From Eledone cirrhosa (taxonomy: Eukaryota), in the NCBI GenBank assembly GCA_964016885.1, contig CAXHJY010000096.1, forward strand, positions 1,984,001 to 2,048,000: DNA of 64,000 nt, written 5' to 3'. A program made the position numbers and the translations under genes. Numbering within the stretch: the stretch's first letter is position 1; the number at the start of each line of letters is the position of its first letter. Shown one piece after another: positions 36,201-49,913 of the stretch. The notes under the pieces are model-generated. The model did not search any database, was not told the origin of the DNA, and saw only the letters and a list, made by a program, of their open reading frames with translations.

Positions 36201-39138
36201 GGGGAGATAATTTCCCGCCAGCCAAGGGAAGATAATATTTAAAAAAATCAGGGGGAGATAATTTGTAAAAAAAATCAGGGGGAGATAATTTGTAAAAAAA
36301 AATCAGGGGGAGATAATTTGTAAAAAAAAATCAGGGTGAGATAATTTGCAAAAAAAATCAGGGGGAGATAATTTGTAAAAAAAAATCAGGGGTAGATAAT
36401 TTGTAAAAAAAAATCAGGGGGAGATAATTTGTAAAAAAAAATCAGGGGGAGATAATTTGTAAAAAAAATCAAGGGGAGATAATTTCCAGCCGTCCAAGGA
36501 GAGATAATTTAAAAAAAAATCAGGCGGAGATAATTTGTAAAAAAAAATCAGGGGGAGATAATTTGTAAAAAAAATCAGGGGGAGATAATTTGTAAAAAAA
36601 AATCAGGGGTAGATAATTTGTAAAAAAAAATCAGGGGAAGATAATTTGTAAAAAAAAATCAGGAGGAGATAATTTGTAAAAAAAATCAAGGGGAGATAAT
36701 TTCCAGCCGTCCAAGGAGAGATAATTTTAAAAAAAATCAGGCGGAGATAATTTGTAAAAAAAAATCAGGGGGAGATAATTTGTAAAAAAAAATCAGGGGG
36801 AGATAATTTGTAAAAAAAATCAAGGGGAGATAATTTCCAGCCGTCCAAGGGGAGATAATTTTCAGCCGTCCAAGGGGAGATAATTTCCCGCCAGCCAAGG
36901 GAAGATAATATTCAAAAAAATCAGGCGGAGATAATTTGTAAAAAAAATCAGGGGGAGATAATTTGTAAAAAAATCAGGGGGAGATAATTTGTAAAAAAAA
37001 AAATCAGGGGGAGATAATTTGTAAAAAAAATCAGGGGGAGATAATTTGTAAAAAAAAATCAGGGGTAGATAATTTGTAAAAAAAAATCAGGGGGAGATAA
37101 TTTGTAAAAAAAAATCAGGGGGAGATAATTTGTAAAAAAAATGAAAGGGGAGATAATATCCAGCCGTCCAAGGGGAGATAATTTCCAGCCGTCCAAGGGG
37201 AGATAATTTCCAGCCGTCCAAGGGGAGATAATTTCCATCCTTCCAAGGGGATATAATTTCCAGCCGTCCAAGGGGAGATAATTTCCATCCTTCCAAGGGG
37301 ATATAATTTCCAGCCGTCCAAGGGGAGATAATTTTCAGCCGTCCAAGGAGAGGTAATTTCTAGCCGTCCAAGGAGAGATAATTTCCAGCCGTCCAAGGGG
37401 AGATAATTTCCAGCCGTCCAAGGGGAGATAATTTCCAGCCGTCCAAGGAGACATATTTTCCAGCCGTCCAAGGAGAGGTAATTCCTAGCCGTCCAAGGGG
37501 AGATAAATTCCAGCCTCCAAGGGGAGATAATTTGTAAAAAAAATCAGGGGGAGATAATTTGTAAAAAAAATCAGGGGGAGATAATTTGTAAAAAAAATCA
37601 GGGGGAGATAATTTGTAAAAAAAAATCAGGGGTAGATAATTTGTAAAAAATAATCAGGGGGAGATAATTTGTAAAAAAAATCAAGGGGAGATAATTTCCA
37701 GCCGTCCAAGGGGAGATAATTTTCAGCCGTCCAAGGGGAGATAATTTCCCGCCAGCCAAGGGAAGATAATATTTAAAAAAATTAGGCGGAGATAATTTGT
37801 AAAAAAAATCAGGGGGAGATAATTTGTAAAAAAATCAGGGGGAGATAATTTGTAAAAAAAATCAGGGGGAGATAATTTGTAAAAAAAATCAGGGGGAGAT
37901 AATTTGTAAAAAAAAATCAGGGGGAGATAATTTGTAAAAAAAATCAAGGGGAGATAATTTCCAGCCGTCCAAGGGAAGATAATTTCCAGCCCTCCAAGGG
38001 GCTATAATTTCCAGCGTCCAAGGGGAGATAATTTCCAGCCAGCGAAGGGGAGATAATTTTTTTAAAAAAATCATTGGGAGATTTGTAAAAAAAATCAGGG
38101 GGAGATAATTTGTAAAAAAAATCAAGGGGAGATAATTTCCAACCGTCCAAGGGGAGGTAATATCTAGCCGTCCAAGGGGAGATAATTTCCAGCCGTCCAA
38201 GGGGAGATAATTTCCAGCCGTCCAAGGGTAGATAATATCCAGCCGTCCAAGGACATATTTTCCAGCCGTCCAAGGAGAGGTAATTTCTAGCCGTCCAAGG
38301 GGAGATAAATTCCAGCCTCCAAGGTGAGATAATTTCCAGCCAGCCAAGGGGAGATAATTTGTAAAAAAATCAGGAGGAGATAATTTGTAAAAAAAATCAG
38401 GGGGAGATAATTTGTAAAAAAAAATCAGGGGGAGATAATTTGTAAAAAAAAATCAGGGGGAGATAATTTGTAAAAAAAAATCAGGGGGAGATAATTTGTA
38501 AAAAAATCAAGGGGAGATAATTTCCAGCCGTCCAAGGGGAGATAATTTTCAGCCGTCCAAGGGGAGATAATTTCCCGCCAGCCAAGGGAAGATAATATTT
38601 GAAAAAATCAGGCGGAGATAATTTGTAAAAAAAATCAGGGGGAGATAATTTGTAAAAAAATCAGGGGGAGATAATTTGTAAAAAAAAAATCATGGGGAGA
38701 TAATTTGTAAAAAAAATCAGGGGGAGATAATTTGTAAAAAAAAATCAGGGGTAGATAAATTGTAAAAAAAAATCAGGGGGAGATAATTTGTAAAAAAAAT
38801 CAGGGGGAGATAATTTGTAAAAAAAATGAAAGGGGAGATAATATCCAGCCGTCCAAGGGGAGATAATTTCCAGCCGTCCAAGGGGAGATAATTTCCAGCC
38901 GTCCAAGGGGAGATAATTTCCATCCTTCCAAGGGGATATAATTTCCAGCCGTCCAAGGGGAGATAATTTCCCGCCAGCCAAGGGAAGATAATTTTTAAAA
39001 AAATCAGGCGGAGATTGTAAAAAAAATCAGGGGGGAGATAATTTGTAAAAAAATCAGGGGGAGATAATTTGTAAAAAAAAATCAGGGGGAGATAATTTGT
39101 AAAAAATAATCAGGGGGAGATAATTTGTAAAAAAAAAT

Positions 39139-40475
39139 CAAGGGGAGATAATTTCCAGCCGTCCAAGGGGAGGTAATATCTAGCCGTCCAAGGGGAGATA
39201 ATTTCCAGCCGTCCAACGGGAGATAATTTCCAGCCGTCCATGGGTAGATAATATCCAGCCGCCCAAGGACATATTTTCCAGCCGTCCAAGGAGAGGTAAT
39301 TTCTAGCCGTCCAAGGGGAGATAATTACAGCCGTCCAAGGGTAGATAATATCCAGCCGTCCAAGGACATATTTTCCAGCCGTCCAAGGAGAGGTAATTTC
39401 TAGCCGTCCAAGGGGAGATAAATTCCAGCCTCCAAGGGGAGATAATTTCCAGCCAGCCAAGGGGAGATAATTTGTAAAAAAATCAGGGGGAGATAATTTG
39501 TAAAAAAAATCAGGGGGAGATAATTTGTAAAAAAAAATCAGGGGGAGATAATTTGTAAAAAAAAATCAGGGGGAGATAATTTGCAAAAAAAATCAGGGGG
39601 AGATAATTTGTAAAAAAAAATCAGGGGTAGATAATTTGTAAAAAAAAATCAGGGGGAGATAATTTGTAAAAAAAAATCAGGGGGAGATAATTTGTAAAAA
39701 AAATCAAGGGGAGATAATTTCCAGCCGTCCAAGGGAAGATAATTTCCAGCCCTCCAAGGGGCTATAATTTCCAGCGTCCAAGGGGAGATAATTTCCAGCC
39801 AGCGAAGGGGAGATAATTTTTTTTAAAAAATCATTGGGAGATTTGTAAAAAAAATCAGGGGGAGATAATTTGTAAAAAAAATCAAGGGGAGATAATTTCC
39901 AGCCGTCCAAGGGGAGGTAATATCTAGCCGTCCAAGGGGAGATAATTTCCAGCCGTCCAACGGGAGATAATTTCCAGCCGTCGATGGGTAGATAATATCC
40001 AGCCGCCCAAGGACATATTTTCCAGCCGTCCAAGGAGAGGTAATTTCTAGCCGTCCAAGGGGAGATAATTTCCAGCCGTCCAAGGGTAGATAATATCCAG
40101 CCGTCCAAGGACATATTTTCCAGCCGTCCAAGGAGAGGTAATTTCTAGCCGTCCAAGGGGAGATAAATTCCAGCCTCCAAGGGGAGATAATTTCCAGCCA
40201 GCCAAGGGGAGATAATTTGTAAAAAAATCAGGGGGAGATAATTTGTAAAAAAAATCAGGGGGAGATAATTTGTAAAAAAAAATCAGGGGGAGATAATTTG
40301 TAAAAAAAAATCAGGGGGAGATAATTTGCAAAAAAAATCAGGGGGAGATAATTTGTAAAAAAAAATCAGGGGTAGATAATTTGTAAAAAAAAATCAGGGG
40401 GAGATAATTTGTAAAAAAAAATCAGGGGGAGATAATTTGTAAAAAAAATCAAGGGGAGATAATTTCCAGCCGTCC
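39139..40475 (+). repeat. Near-tandem duplicated cassette at 744-bp spacing
   Basis: A-runs starting at 39139 and 39883 both carry CAACGGG (C at 39217 and 39961), ATGGGTAG, the 98-bp doublet and the same following B-run. The pair is repeated at +6176/6177, +12353 and a further +5310. Confidence 0.82.
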
Positions 40476-42740
40476 AAGGAGAGATAATTTTAAAAAAAAT
40501 CAGGCGGAGATAATTTGTAAAAAAAAATCAGGGGGAGATAATTTGTAAAAAAAATCAGGGGGAGATAATTTGTAAAAAAAAATCAGGGGTAGATAATTTG
40601 TAAAAAAAAATCAGGGGGAGATAATTTGTAAAAAAAAATCAGGGGGAGATAATTTGTAAAAAAAATCAAGGGGAGATAATTTCCAGCCGTCCAAGGAGAG
40701 ATAATTTAAAAAAAAATCAGGGGGAGATAATTTGTAAAAAAAATCAAGGGGAGATAATTTCCAGCCGTCCAAGGGGAGATAATTTTCAGCCGTCCAAGGG
40801 GAGATAATTTCCCGCCAGCCAAGGGAAGATAATATTCAAAAAAATCAGGCGGAGATAATTTGTAAAAAAAATCAGGGGGAGATAATTTGTAAAAAAATCA
40901 GGGGGAGATAATTTGTAAAAAAAAAAATCAGGGGGAGATAATTTGTAAAAAAAATCAGGGGGAGATAATTTGTAAAAAAAAATCAGGGGTAGATAATTTG
41001 TAAAAAAAAATCAGGGGGAGATAATTTGTAAAAAAAAATCAGGGGGAGATAATTTGTAAAAAAAATGAAAGGGGAGATAATATCCAGCCGTCCAAGGGGA
41101 GATAATTTCCAGCCGTCCAAGGGGAGATAATTTCCAGCCGTCCAAGGGGAGATAATTTCCATCCTTCCAAGGGGATATAATTTCCAGCCGTCCAAGGGGA
41201 GATAATTTCCATCCTTCCAAGGGGATATAATTTCCAGCCGTCCAAGGGGAGATAATTTTCAGCCGTCCAAGGAGAGGTAATTTCTAGCCGTCCAAGGAGA
41301 GATAATTTCCAGCCGTCCAAGGGGAGATAATTTCCAGCCGTCCAAGGGGAGATAATTTCCAGCCGTCCAAGGAGACATATTTTCCAGCCGTCCAAGGAGA
41401 GGTAATTCCTAGCCGTCCAAGGGGAGATAAATTCCAGCCTCCAAGGGGAGATAATTTCCAGCCAGCCAAGGGGAGATAATTTGTAAAAAAAATCAGGGGG
41501 AGAGAATTTGTAAAAAAAATCAGGGGGAGATAATTTGTAAAGAAATCAGGGGGAGATAATTTGTAAAAAAAATCAGGGGGAGATAATTTGTAAAAAAAAT
41601 CAGGGGGAGATAATTTGTAAAAAAAAATCAGGGGGAGATAATTTGTAAAAAAAATCAAGGGGAGATAATTTCCAGCCGTCCAAGGGAAGATAATTTCCAG
41701 CCCTCCAAGGGGCTATAATTTCCAGCGTCCAAGGGGAGATAATTTCCAGCCAGCGAAGGGGAGATAATTTTTTTAAAAAAATCATTGGGAGATTTGTAAA
41801 AAAATCAGGGGGAGATAATTTGTAAAAAAAATCAAGGGGAGATAATTACCAGCCGTCCAAGGGGAGGTAATATCTAGCCGTCCAAGGGGTGATAATTTCC
41901 AGCCGTCCAAGGGGAGATAATTTCCAGCCGTCCAAGGGTAGATAATATCCAGCCGTCCAAGGACATATTTTCCAGCCGTCCAAGGAGAGGTAATTTCTAG
42001 CCGTCCAAGGGGAGATAAATTCCAGCCTCCAAGGTGAGATAATTTCCAGCCAGCCAAGGGGAGATAATTTGTAAAAAAAAATCAGGGGGAGATAATTTGT
42101 AAAAAAAATCAAGGGGAGATAATTTCCAGCCGTCCAAGGGGAGATAATTTTCAGCCGTCCAAGGGGAGATAATTTCCCGCCAGCCAAGGGAAGATAATAT
42201 TTAAAAAAATCAGGCGGAGATAATTTGTAAAAAAAATCAGGGGGAGATAATTTGTAAAAAAATCAGGGGGAGATAATTTGTAAAAAAAAAATCAGGGGGA
42301 GATAATTTGTAAAAAAAATCAGGGGGAGATAATTTGTAAAAAAAAATCAGGGGTAGATGAATTGTAAAAAAAAATCAGGGGGAGATAATTTGTAAAAAAA
42401 ATCAGGGGGAGATAATTTGTAAAAAAAATGAAAGGGGAGATAATATCCAGCCGTCCAAGGGGAGATAATTTCCAGCCGTCCAAGGGGAGATAATTTCCAG
42501 CCGTCCAAGGGGAGATAATTTCCATCCTTCCAAGGGGATATAATTTCCAGCCGTCCAAGGGGAGATAATTTCCCGCCAGCCAAGGGAAGATAATATTTAA
42601 AAAAATTAGGCGGAGATAATTTGTAAAAAAAATCAGGGGGAGATAATTTGTAAAAAATCAGGGGGAGATAATTTGTAAAAAAAATCAGGGGGAGATAATT
42701 TGTAAAAAAAATCATGGGGAGATAATTTGTAAAAAAAAAT

Positions 42741-43736
42741 CAGGGGTAGATAATTTGTAAAAAAAAATCAGGGGGAGATAATTTGTAAAAAAAAATCAGG
42801 GGGAGATAATTTGTAAAAAAAATCAAGGGGAGATAATTTCCAGCCGTCCAAGGGGAGATAATTTTCAGCCGTCCAAGGAGAGGTAATTTCTAGCCGTCCA
42901 AGGGGAGATAATTTCCAGCCGTCCAAGGGGAGGTAATTTCCAGCCGTCCAAGGGGAGATAATTTTAAAAAAAAAATCAGGCGGAGATAATTTGTAAAAAA
43001 AATCAAGGGGAGATAATTTGCAGCCGTCCAAGGGGAGATAATTTTCAGTCGTCCAAGGAGAGGTAATTTCTAGCCGTCCAAGGGGAGATAATTGCCAGCC
43101 GTCCAAGGGGAGATAATTTCCAGCCGTCCAAGGGGAGATAATTTTTTTTAAAAAATCAGGCGGAGATAATTTGTAAAAAAAATCAGGGGGAGATAATTTG
43201 TAAACAAAATCAGGGGGAGATAATTTGTAAAAAAAAATCAGGGGTAGATAATTTGTAAAAAAAAATCAGGGGGAGATAATTTGTAAAAAAAAATCAGGGG
43301 GAGATAATTTGTAAAAAAAATCAAGGGGAGATAATTTCCAGCCGTCCAAGGGGAGATAATTTTCAGCCGTCCAAGGAGAGGTAATTTCTAGCCGTCCAAG
43401 GGGAGATAATTTCCAGCCGTCCAAGGGGAGGTAATTTCCAGCCGTCCAAGGGGAGATAATTTTTAAAAAAAAATCAGGCGGAGATAATTTGTAAAAAAAA
43501 TCAAGGGGAGATAATTTGCAGCCGTCCAAGGGGAGATAATTTTCAGTCGTCCAAGGAGAGGTAATTTCTAGCCGTCCAAGGGGAGATAATTGCCAGCCGT
43601 CCAAGGGGAGATAATTTCCAGCCGTCCAAGGGGAGATAATTTTTTTTAAAAAATCAGGCGGAGATAATTTGTAAAAAAAATCAGGGGGAGATAATTTGTA
43701 AACAAAATCAGGGGGAGATAATTTGTAAAAAAAAAT
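42741..43736 (+). repeat. 498-bp tandem duplication nested in the 6,177-bp HOR
   Basis: The ATAATTGCCAGCC marker has its G at 43094 and 43592. Units start at 42741 and 43239. Confidence 0.9.
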
Positions 43737-46700
43737 CAGGGGGAGATAATTTGTAAAAAAAATCATGGAGAGATAATTTCCAGCCGTCCAAGGGGAGATA
43801 ATTTCCAGCCTTCCAAGGAGACATATTTTCCAGCCGTCCAAGGCGAGGTAATTTCTAGCCGTCCAAGGGGAGATAAATTCCAGCCTCCAAGGGGAGATAA
43901 TTTCCAGCCAGCCAAGTGGAGATAATTTGTAAAAAAATCAGGGGGAGATAATTTGTAAAAAATATCAGGGAGATAATTTGTAAAAAAAAATCAGGGGGAG
44001 ATAATTTGTAAAAAAAATCAGGGGGAGATAATTTGTAAAAAAAAATCAGGGGGAGATAATTTGTAAAAAAAATCAAGGGGAGATAATTTCCAGCCGTCCA
44101 AGGGGAGATAATTTTCAGCCGTCCAAGGGGAGATAATTTCCCGCCAGCCAAGGGAAGATAATATTTAAAAAAATCAGGCGGAGATAATTTGTAAAAAAAA
44201 TCAGGGGGAGATAATTTGTAAAAAAATCAGGGGGAGATAATTTGTAAAAAAAAAATCAGGGGGAGATAATTTGTAAAAAAAATCAGGGGGAGATAATTTG
44301 TAAAAAAAAATCAGGGGTAGATAATTTGTAAACAAAAATCAGGGGGAGATAATTTGTAAAAAAAAATCAGGGGGAGATAATTTGTAAAAAAAATGAAAGG
44401 GGAGATAATATCCAGCCGTCCAAGGGGAGATAATTTCCAGCCGTCCAAGGAGACATATTTTCCAGCCGTCCAAGGAGAGGTAATTCCTAGCCGTCCAAGG
44501 GGAGATAAATTCCAGCCTCCAAGGGGAGATAATTTGTAAAAAAAATCAGGGGGAGATAATTTGTAAAAAAAATCAGGGGGAGATAATTTGTAAAAAAAAT
44601 CAGGGGGAGATAATTTGTAAAAAAAAATCAGGGGTAGATAATTTGTAAAAAATAATCAGGGGGAGATAATTTGTAAAAAAAATCAAGGGGAGATAATTTC
44701 CAGCCGTCCAAGGGGAGATAATTTTCAGCCGTCCAAGGGGAGATAATTTCCCGCCAGCCAAGGGAAGATAATATTTGAAAAAATCAGGCGGAGATAATTT
44801 GTAAAAAAAATCAGGGGGAGATAATTTGTAAAAAAATCAGGGGGAGATAATTTGTAAAAAAAAAATCATGGGGAGATAATTTGTAAAAAAAATCAGGGGG
44901 AGATAATTTGTAAAAAAAAATCAGGGGTAGATAAATTGTAAAAAAAAATCAGGGGGAGATAATTTGTAAAAAAAATCAGGGGGAGATAATTTGTAAAAAA
45001 AATGAAAGGGGAGATAATATCCAGCCGTCCAAGGGGAGATAATTTCCAGCCGTCCAAGGGGAGATAATTTCCAGCCGTCCAAGGGGAGATAATTTCCATC
45101 CTTCCAAGGGGATATAATTTCCAGCCGTCCAAGGGGAGATAATTTCCCGCCAGCCAAGGGAAGATAATTTTTAAAAAAATCAGGCGGAGATTGTAAAAAA
45201 AATCAGGGGGGAGATAATTTGTAAAAAAATCAGGGGGAGATAATTTGTAAAAAAAAATCAGGGGGAGATAATTTGTAAAAAATAATCAGGGGGAGATAAT
45301 TTGTAAAAAAAAATCAAGGGGAGATAATTTCCAGCCGTCCAAGGGGAGGTAATATCTAGCCGTCCAAGGGGAGATAATTTCCAGCCGTCCAACGGGAGAT
45401 AATTTCCAGCCGTCCATGGGTAGATAATATCCAGCCGCCCAAGGACATATTTTCCAGCCGTCCAAGGAGAGGTAATTTCTAGCCGTCCAAGGGGAGATAA
45501 TTACAGCCGTCCAAGGGTAGATAATATCCAGCCGTCCAAGGACATATTTTCCAGCCGTCCAAGGAGAGGTAATTTCTAGCCGTCCAAGGGGAGATAAATT
45601 CCAGCCTCCAAGGGGAGATAATTTCCAGCCAGCCAAGGGGAGATAATTTGTAAAAAAATCAGGGGGAGATAATTTGTAAAAAAAATCAGGGGGAGATAAT
45701 TTGTAAAAAAAAATCAGGGGTAGATAATTTGTAAAAAAAAATCAGGGGGAGATAATTTGCAAAAAAAATCAGGGGGAGATAATTTGTAAAAAAAAATCAG
45801 GGGTAGATAATTTGTAAAAAAAAATCAGGGGGAGATAATTTGTAAAAAAAAATCAGGGGGAGATAATTTGTAAAAAAAATCAAGGGGAGATAATTTCCAG
45901 CCGTCCAAGGGAAGATAATTTCCAGCCCTCCAAGGGGCTATAATTTCCAGCGTCCAAGGGGAGATAATTTCCAGCCAGCGAAGGGGAGATAATTTTTTTT
46001 AAAAAATCATTGGGAGATTTGTAAAAAAAATCAGGGGGAGATAATTTGTAAAAAAAATCAAGGGGAGATAATTTCCAGCCGTCCAAGGGGAGGTAATATC
46101 TAGCCGTCCAAGGGGAGATAATTTCCAGCCGTCCAACGGGAGATAATTTCCAGCCGTCCATGGGTAGATAATATCCAGCCGCCCAAGGACATATTTTCCA
46201 GCCGTCCAAGGAGAGGTAATTTCTAGCCGTCCAAGGGGAGATAATTTCCAGCCGTCCAAGGGTAGATAATATCCAGCCGTCCAAGGACATATTTTCCAGC
46301 CGTCCAAGGAGAGGTAATTTCTAGCCGTCCAAGGGGAGATAAATTCCAGCCTCCAAGGGGAGATAATTTCCAGCCAGCCAAGGGGAGATAATTTGTAAAA
46401 AAATCAGGGGGAGATAATTTGTAAAAAAAATCAGGGGGAGATAATTTGTAAAAAAAAATCAGGGGGAGATAATTTGTAAAAAAAAATCAGGGGGAGATAA
46501 TTTGCAAAAAAAATCAGGGGGAGATAATTTGTAAAAAAAAATCAGGGGTAGATAATTTGTAAAAAAAAATCAGGGGGAGATAATTTGTAAAAAAAAATCA
46601 GGGGGAGATAATTTGTAAAAAAAATCAAGGGGAGATAATTTCCAGCCGTCCAAGGAGAGATAATTTAAAAAAAAATCAGGCGGAGATAATTTGTAAAAAA

Positions 46701-48917
46701 AAATCAGGGGGAGATAATTTGTAAAAAAAATCAGGGGGAGATAATTTGTAAAAAAAAATCAGGGGTAGATAATTTGTAAAAAAAAATCAGGGGGAGATAA
46801 TTTGTAAAAAAAAATCAGGGGGAGATAATTTGTAAAAAAAATCAAGGGGAGATAATTTCCAGCCGTCCAAGGAGAGATAATTTAAAAAAAAATCAGGGGG
46901 AGATAATTTGTAAAAAAAATCAAGGGGAGATAATTTCCAGCCGTCCAAGGGGAGATAATTTTCAGCCGTCCAAGGGGAGATAATTTCCCGCCAGCCAAGG
47001 GAAGATAATATTCAAAAAAATCAGGCGGAGATAATTTGTAAAAAAAATCAGGGGGAGATAATTTGTAAAAAAATCAGGGGGAGATAATTTGTAAAAAAAA
47101 AAATCAGGGGGAGATAATTTGTAAAAAAAATCAGGGGGAGATAATTTGTAAAAAAAAAATCAGGGGTAGATAATTTGTAAAAAAAAATCAGGGGGAGATA
47201 ATTTGTAAAAAAAAATCAGGGGGAGATAATTTGTAAAAAAAATGAAAGGGGAGATAATATCCAGCCGTCCAAGGGGAGATAATTTCCAGCCGTCCAAGGG
47301 GAGATAATTTCCAGCCGTCCAAGGGGAGATAATTTCCATCCTTCCAAGGGGATATAATTTCCAGCCGTCCAAGGGGAGATAATTTCCATCCTTCCAAGGG
47401 GATATAATTTCCAGCCGTCCAAGGGGAGATAATTTTCAGCCGTCCAAGGAGAGGTAATTTCTAGCCGTCCAAGGAGAGATAATTTCCAGCCGTCCAAGGG
47501 GAGATAATTTCCAGCCGTCCAAGGGGAGATAATTTCCAGCCGTCCAAGGAGACATATTTTCCAGCCGTCCAAGGAGAGGTAATTCCTAGCCGTCCAAGGG
47601 GAGATAAATTCCAGCCTCCAAGGGGAGATAATTTCCAGCCAGCCAAGGGGAGATAATTTGTAAAAAAAATCAGGGGGAGATAATTTGTAAAAAAAATCAG
47701 GGGGAGATAATTTGTAAAGAAATCAGGGGGAGATAATTTGTAAAAAAAATCAGGGGGAGATAATTTGTAAAAAAAATCAGGGGGAGATAATTTGTAAAAA
47801 AAAATCAGGGGGAGATAATTTGTAAAAAAAATCAAGGGGAGATAATTTCCAGCCGTCCAAGGGAAGATAATTTCCAGCCCTCCAAGGGGCTATAATTTCC
47901 AGCGTCCAAGGGGAGATAATTTCCAGCCAGCGAAGGGGAGATAATTTTTTTAAAAAAATCATTGGGAGATTTGTAAAAAAATCAGGGGGAGATAATTTGT
48001 AAAAAAAATCAAGGGGAGATAATTACCAGCCGTCCAAGGGGAGGTAATATCTAGCCGTCCAAGGGGTGATAATTTCCAGCCGTCCAAGGGGAGATAATTT
48101 CCAGCCGTCCAAGGGTAGATAATATCCAGCCGTCCAAGGACATATTTTCCAGCCGTCCAAGGAGAGGTAATTTCTAGCCGTCCAAGGGGAGATAAATTCC
48201 AGCCTCCAAGGTGAGATAATTTCCAGCCAGCCAAGGGGAGATAATTTGTAAAAAAAAATCAGGGGGAGATAATTTGTAAAAAAAATCAAGGGGAGATAAT
48301 TTCCAGCCGTCCAAGGGGAGATAATTTTCAGCCGTCCAAGGGGAGATAATTTCCCGCCAGCCAAGGGAAGATAATATTTAAAAAAATCAGGCGGAGATAA
48401 TTTGTAAAAAAAATCAGGGGGAGATAATTTGTAAAAAAATCAGGGGGAGATAATTTGTAAAAAAAAAATCAGGGGGAGATAATTTGTAAAAAAAATCAGG
48501 GGGAGATAATTTGTAAAAAAAAATCAGGGGTAGATGAATTGTAAAAAAAAATCAGGGGGAGATAATTTGTAAAAAAAATCAGGGGGAGATAATTTGTAAA
48601 AAAAATGAAAGGGGAGATAATATCCAGCCGTCCAAGGGGAGATAATTTCCAGCCGTCCAAGGGGAGATAATTTCCAGCCGTCCAAGGGGAGATAATTTCC
48701 ATCCTTCCAAGGGGATATAATTTCCAGCCGTCCAAGGGGAGATAATTTCCCGCCAGCCAAGGGAAGATAATATTTAAAAAAATTAGGCGGAGATAATTTG
48801 TAAAAAAAATCAGGGGGAGATAATTTGTAAAAAATCAGGGGGAGATAATTTGTAAAAAAAATCAGGGGGAGATAATTTGTAAAAAAAATCATGGGGAGAT
48901 AATTTGTAAAAAAAAAT

Positions 48918-49913
48918 CAGGGGTAGATAATTTGTAAAAAAAAATCAGGGGGAGATAATTTGTAAAAAAAAATCAGGGGGAGATAATTTGTAAAAAAAAT
49001 CAAGGGGAGATAATTTCCAGCCGTCCAAGGGGAGATAATTTTCAGCCGTCCAAGGAGAGGTAATTTCTAGCCGTCCAAGGGGAGATAATTTCCAGCCGTC
49101 CAAGGGGAGGTAATTTCCAGCCGTCCAAGGGGAGATAATTTTAAAAAAAAAATCAGGCGGAGATAATTTGTAAAAAAAATCAAGGGGAGATAATTTGCAG
49201 CCGTCCAAGGGGAGATAATTTTCAGTCGTCCAAGGAGAGGTAATTTCTAGCCGTCCAAGGGGAGATAATTGCCAGCCGTCCAAGGGGAGATAATTTCCAG
49301 CCGTCCAAGGGGAGATAATTTTTTTTTAAAAATCAGGCGGAGATAATTTGTAAAAAAAATCAGGGGGAGATAATTTGTAAACAAAATCAGGGGGAGATAA
49401 TTTGTAAAAAAAAATCAGGGGTAGATAATTTGTAAAAAAAAATCAGGGGGAGATAATTTGTAAAAAAAAATCAGGGGGAGATAATTTGTAAAAAAAATCA
49501 AGGGGAGATAATTTCCAGCCGTCCAAGGGGAGATAATTTTCAGCCGTCCAAGGAGAGGTAATTTCTAGCCGTCCAAGGGGAGATAATTTCCAGCCGTCCA
49601 AGGGGAGGTAATTTCCAGCCGTCCAAGGGGAGATAATTTTTTAAAAAAAATCAGGCGGAGATAATTTGTAAAAAAAATCAAGGGGAGATAATTTGCAGCC
49701 GTCCAAGGGGAGATAATTTTCAGTCGTCCAAGGAGAGGTAATTTCTAGCCGTCCAAGGGGAGATAATTGCCAGCCGTCCAAGGGGAGATAATTTCCAGCC
49801 GTCCAAGGGGAGATAATTTTTTTTAAAAAATCAGGCGGAGATAATTTGTAAAAAAAATCAGGGGGAGATAATTTGTAAACAAAATCAGGGGGAGATAATT
49901 TGTAAAAAAAAAT
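48918..49913 (+). repeat. Second instance of the 498-bp tandem duplication (+6,177)
   Basis: The marker G lies at 49271 and 49769, which is 498 apart and 6177 from 43094/43592. Confidence 0.9.
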
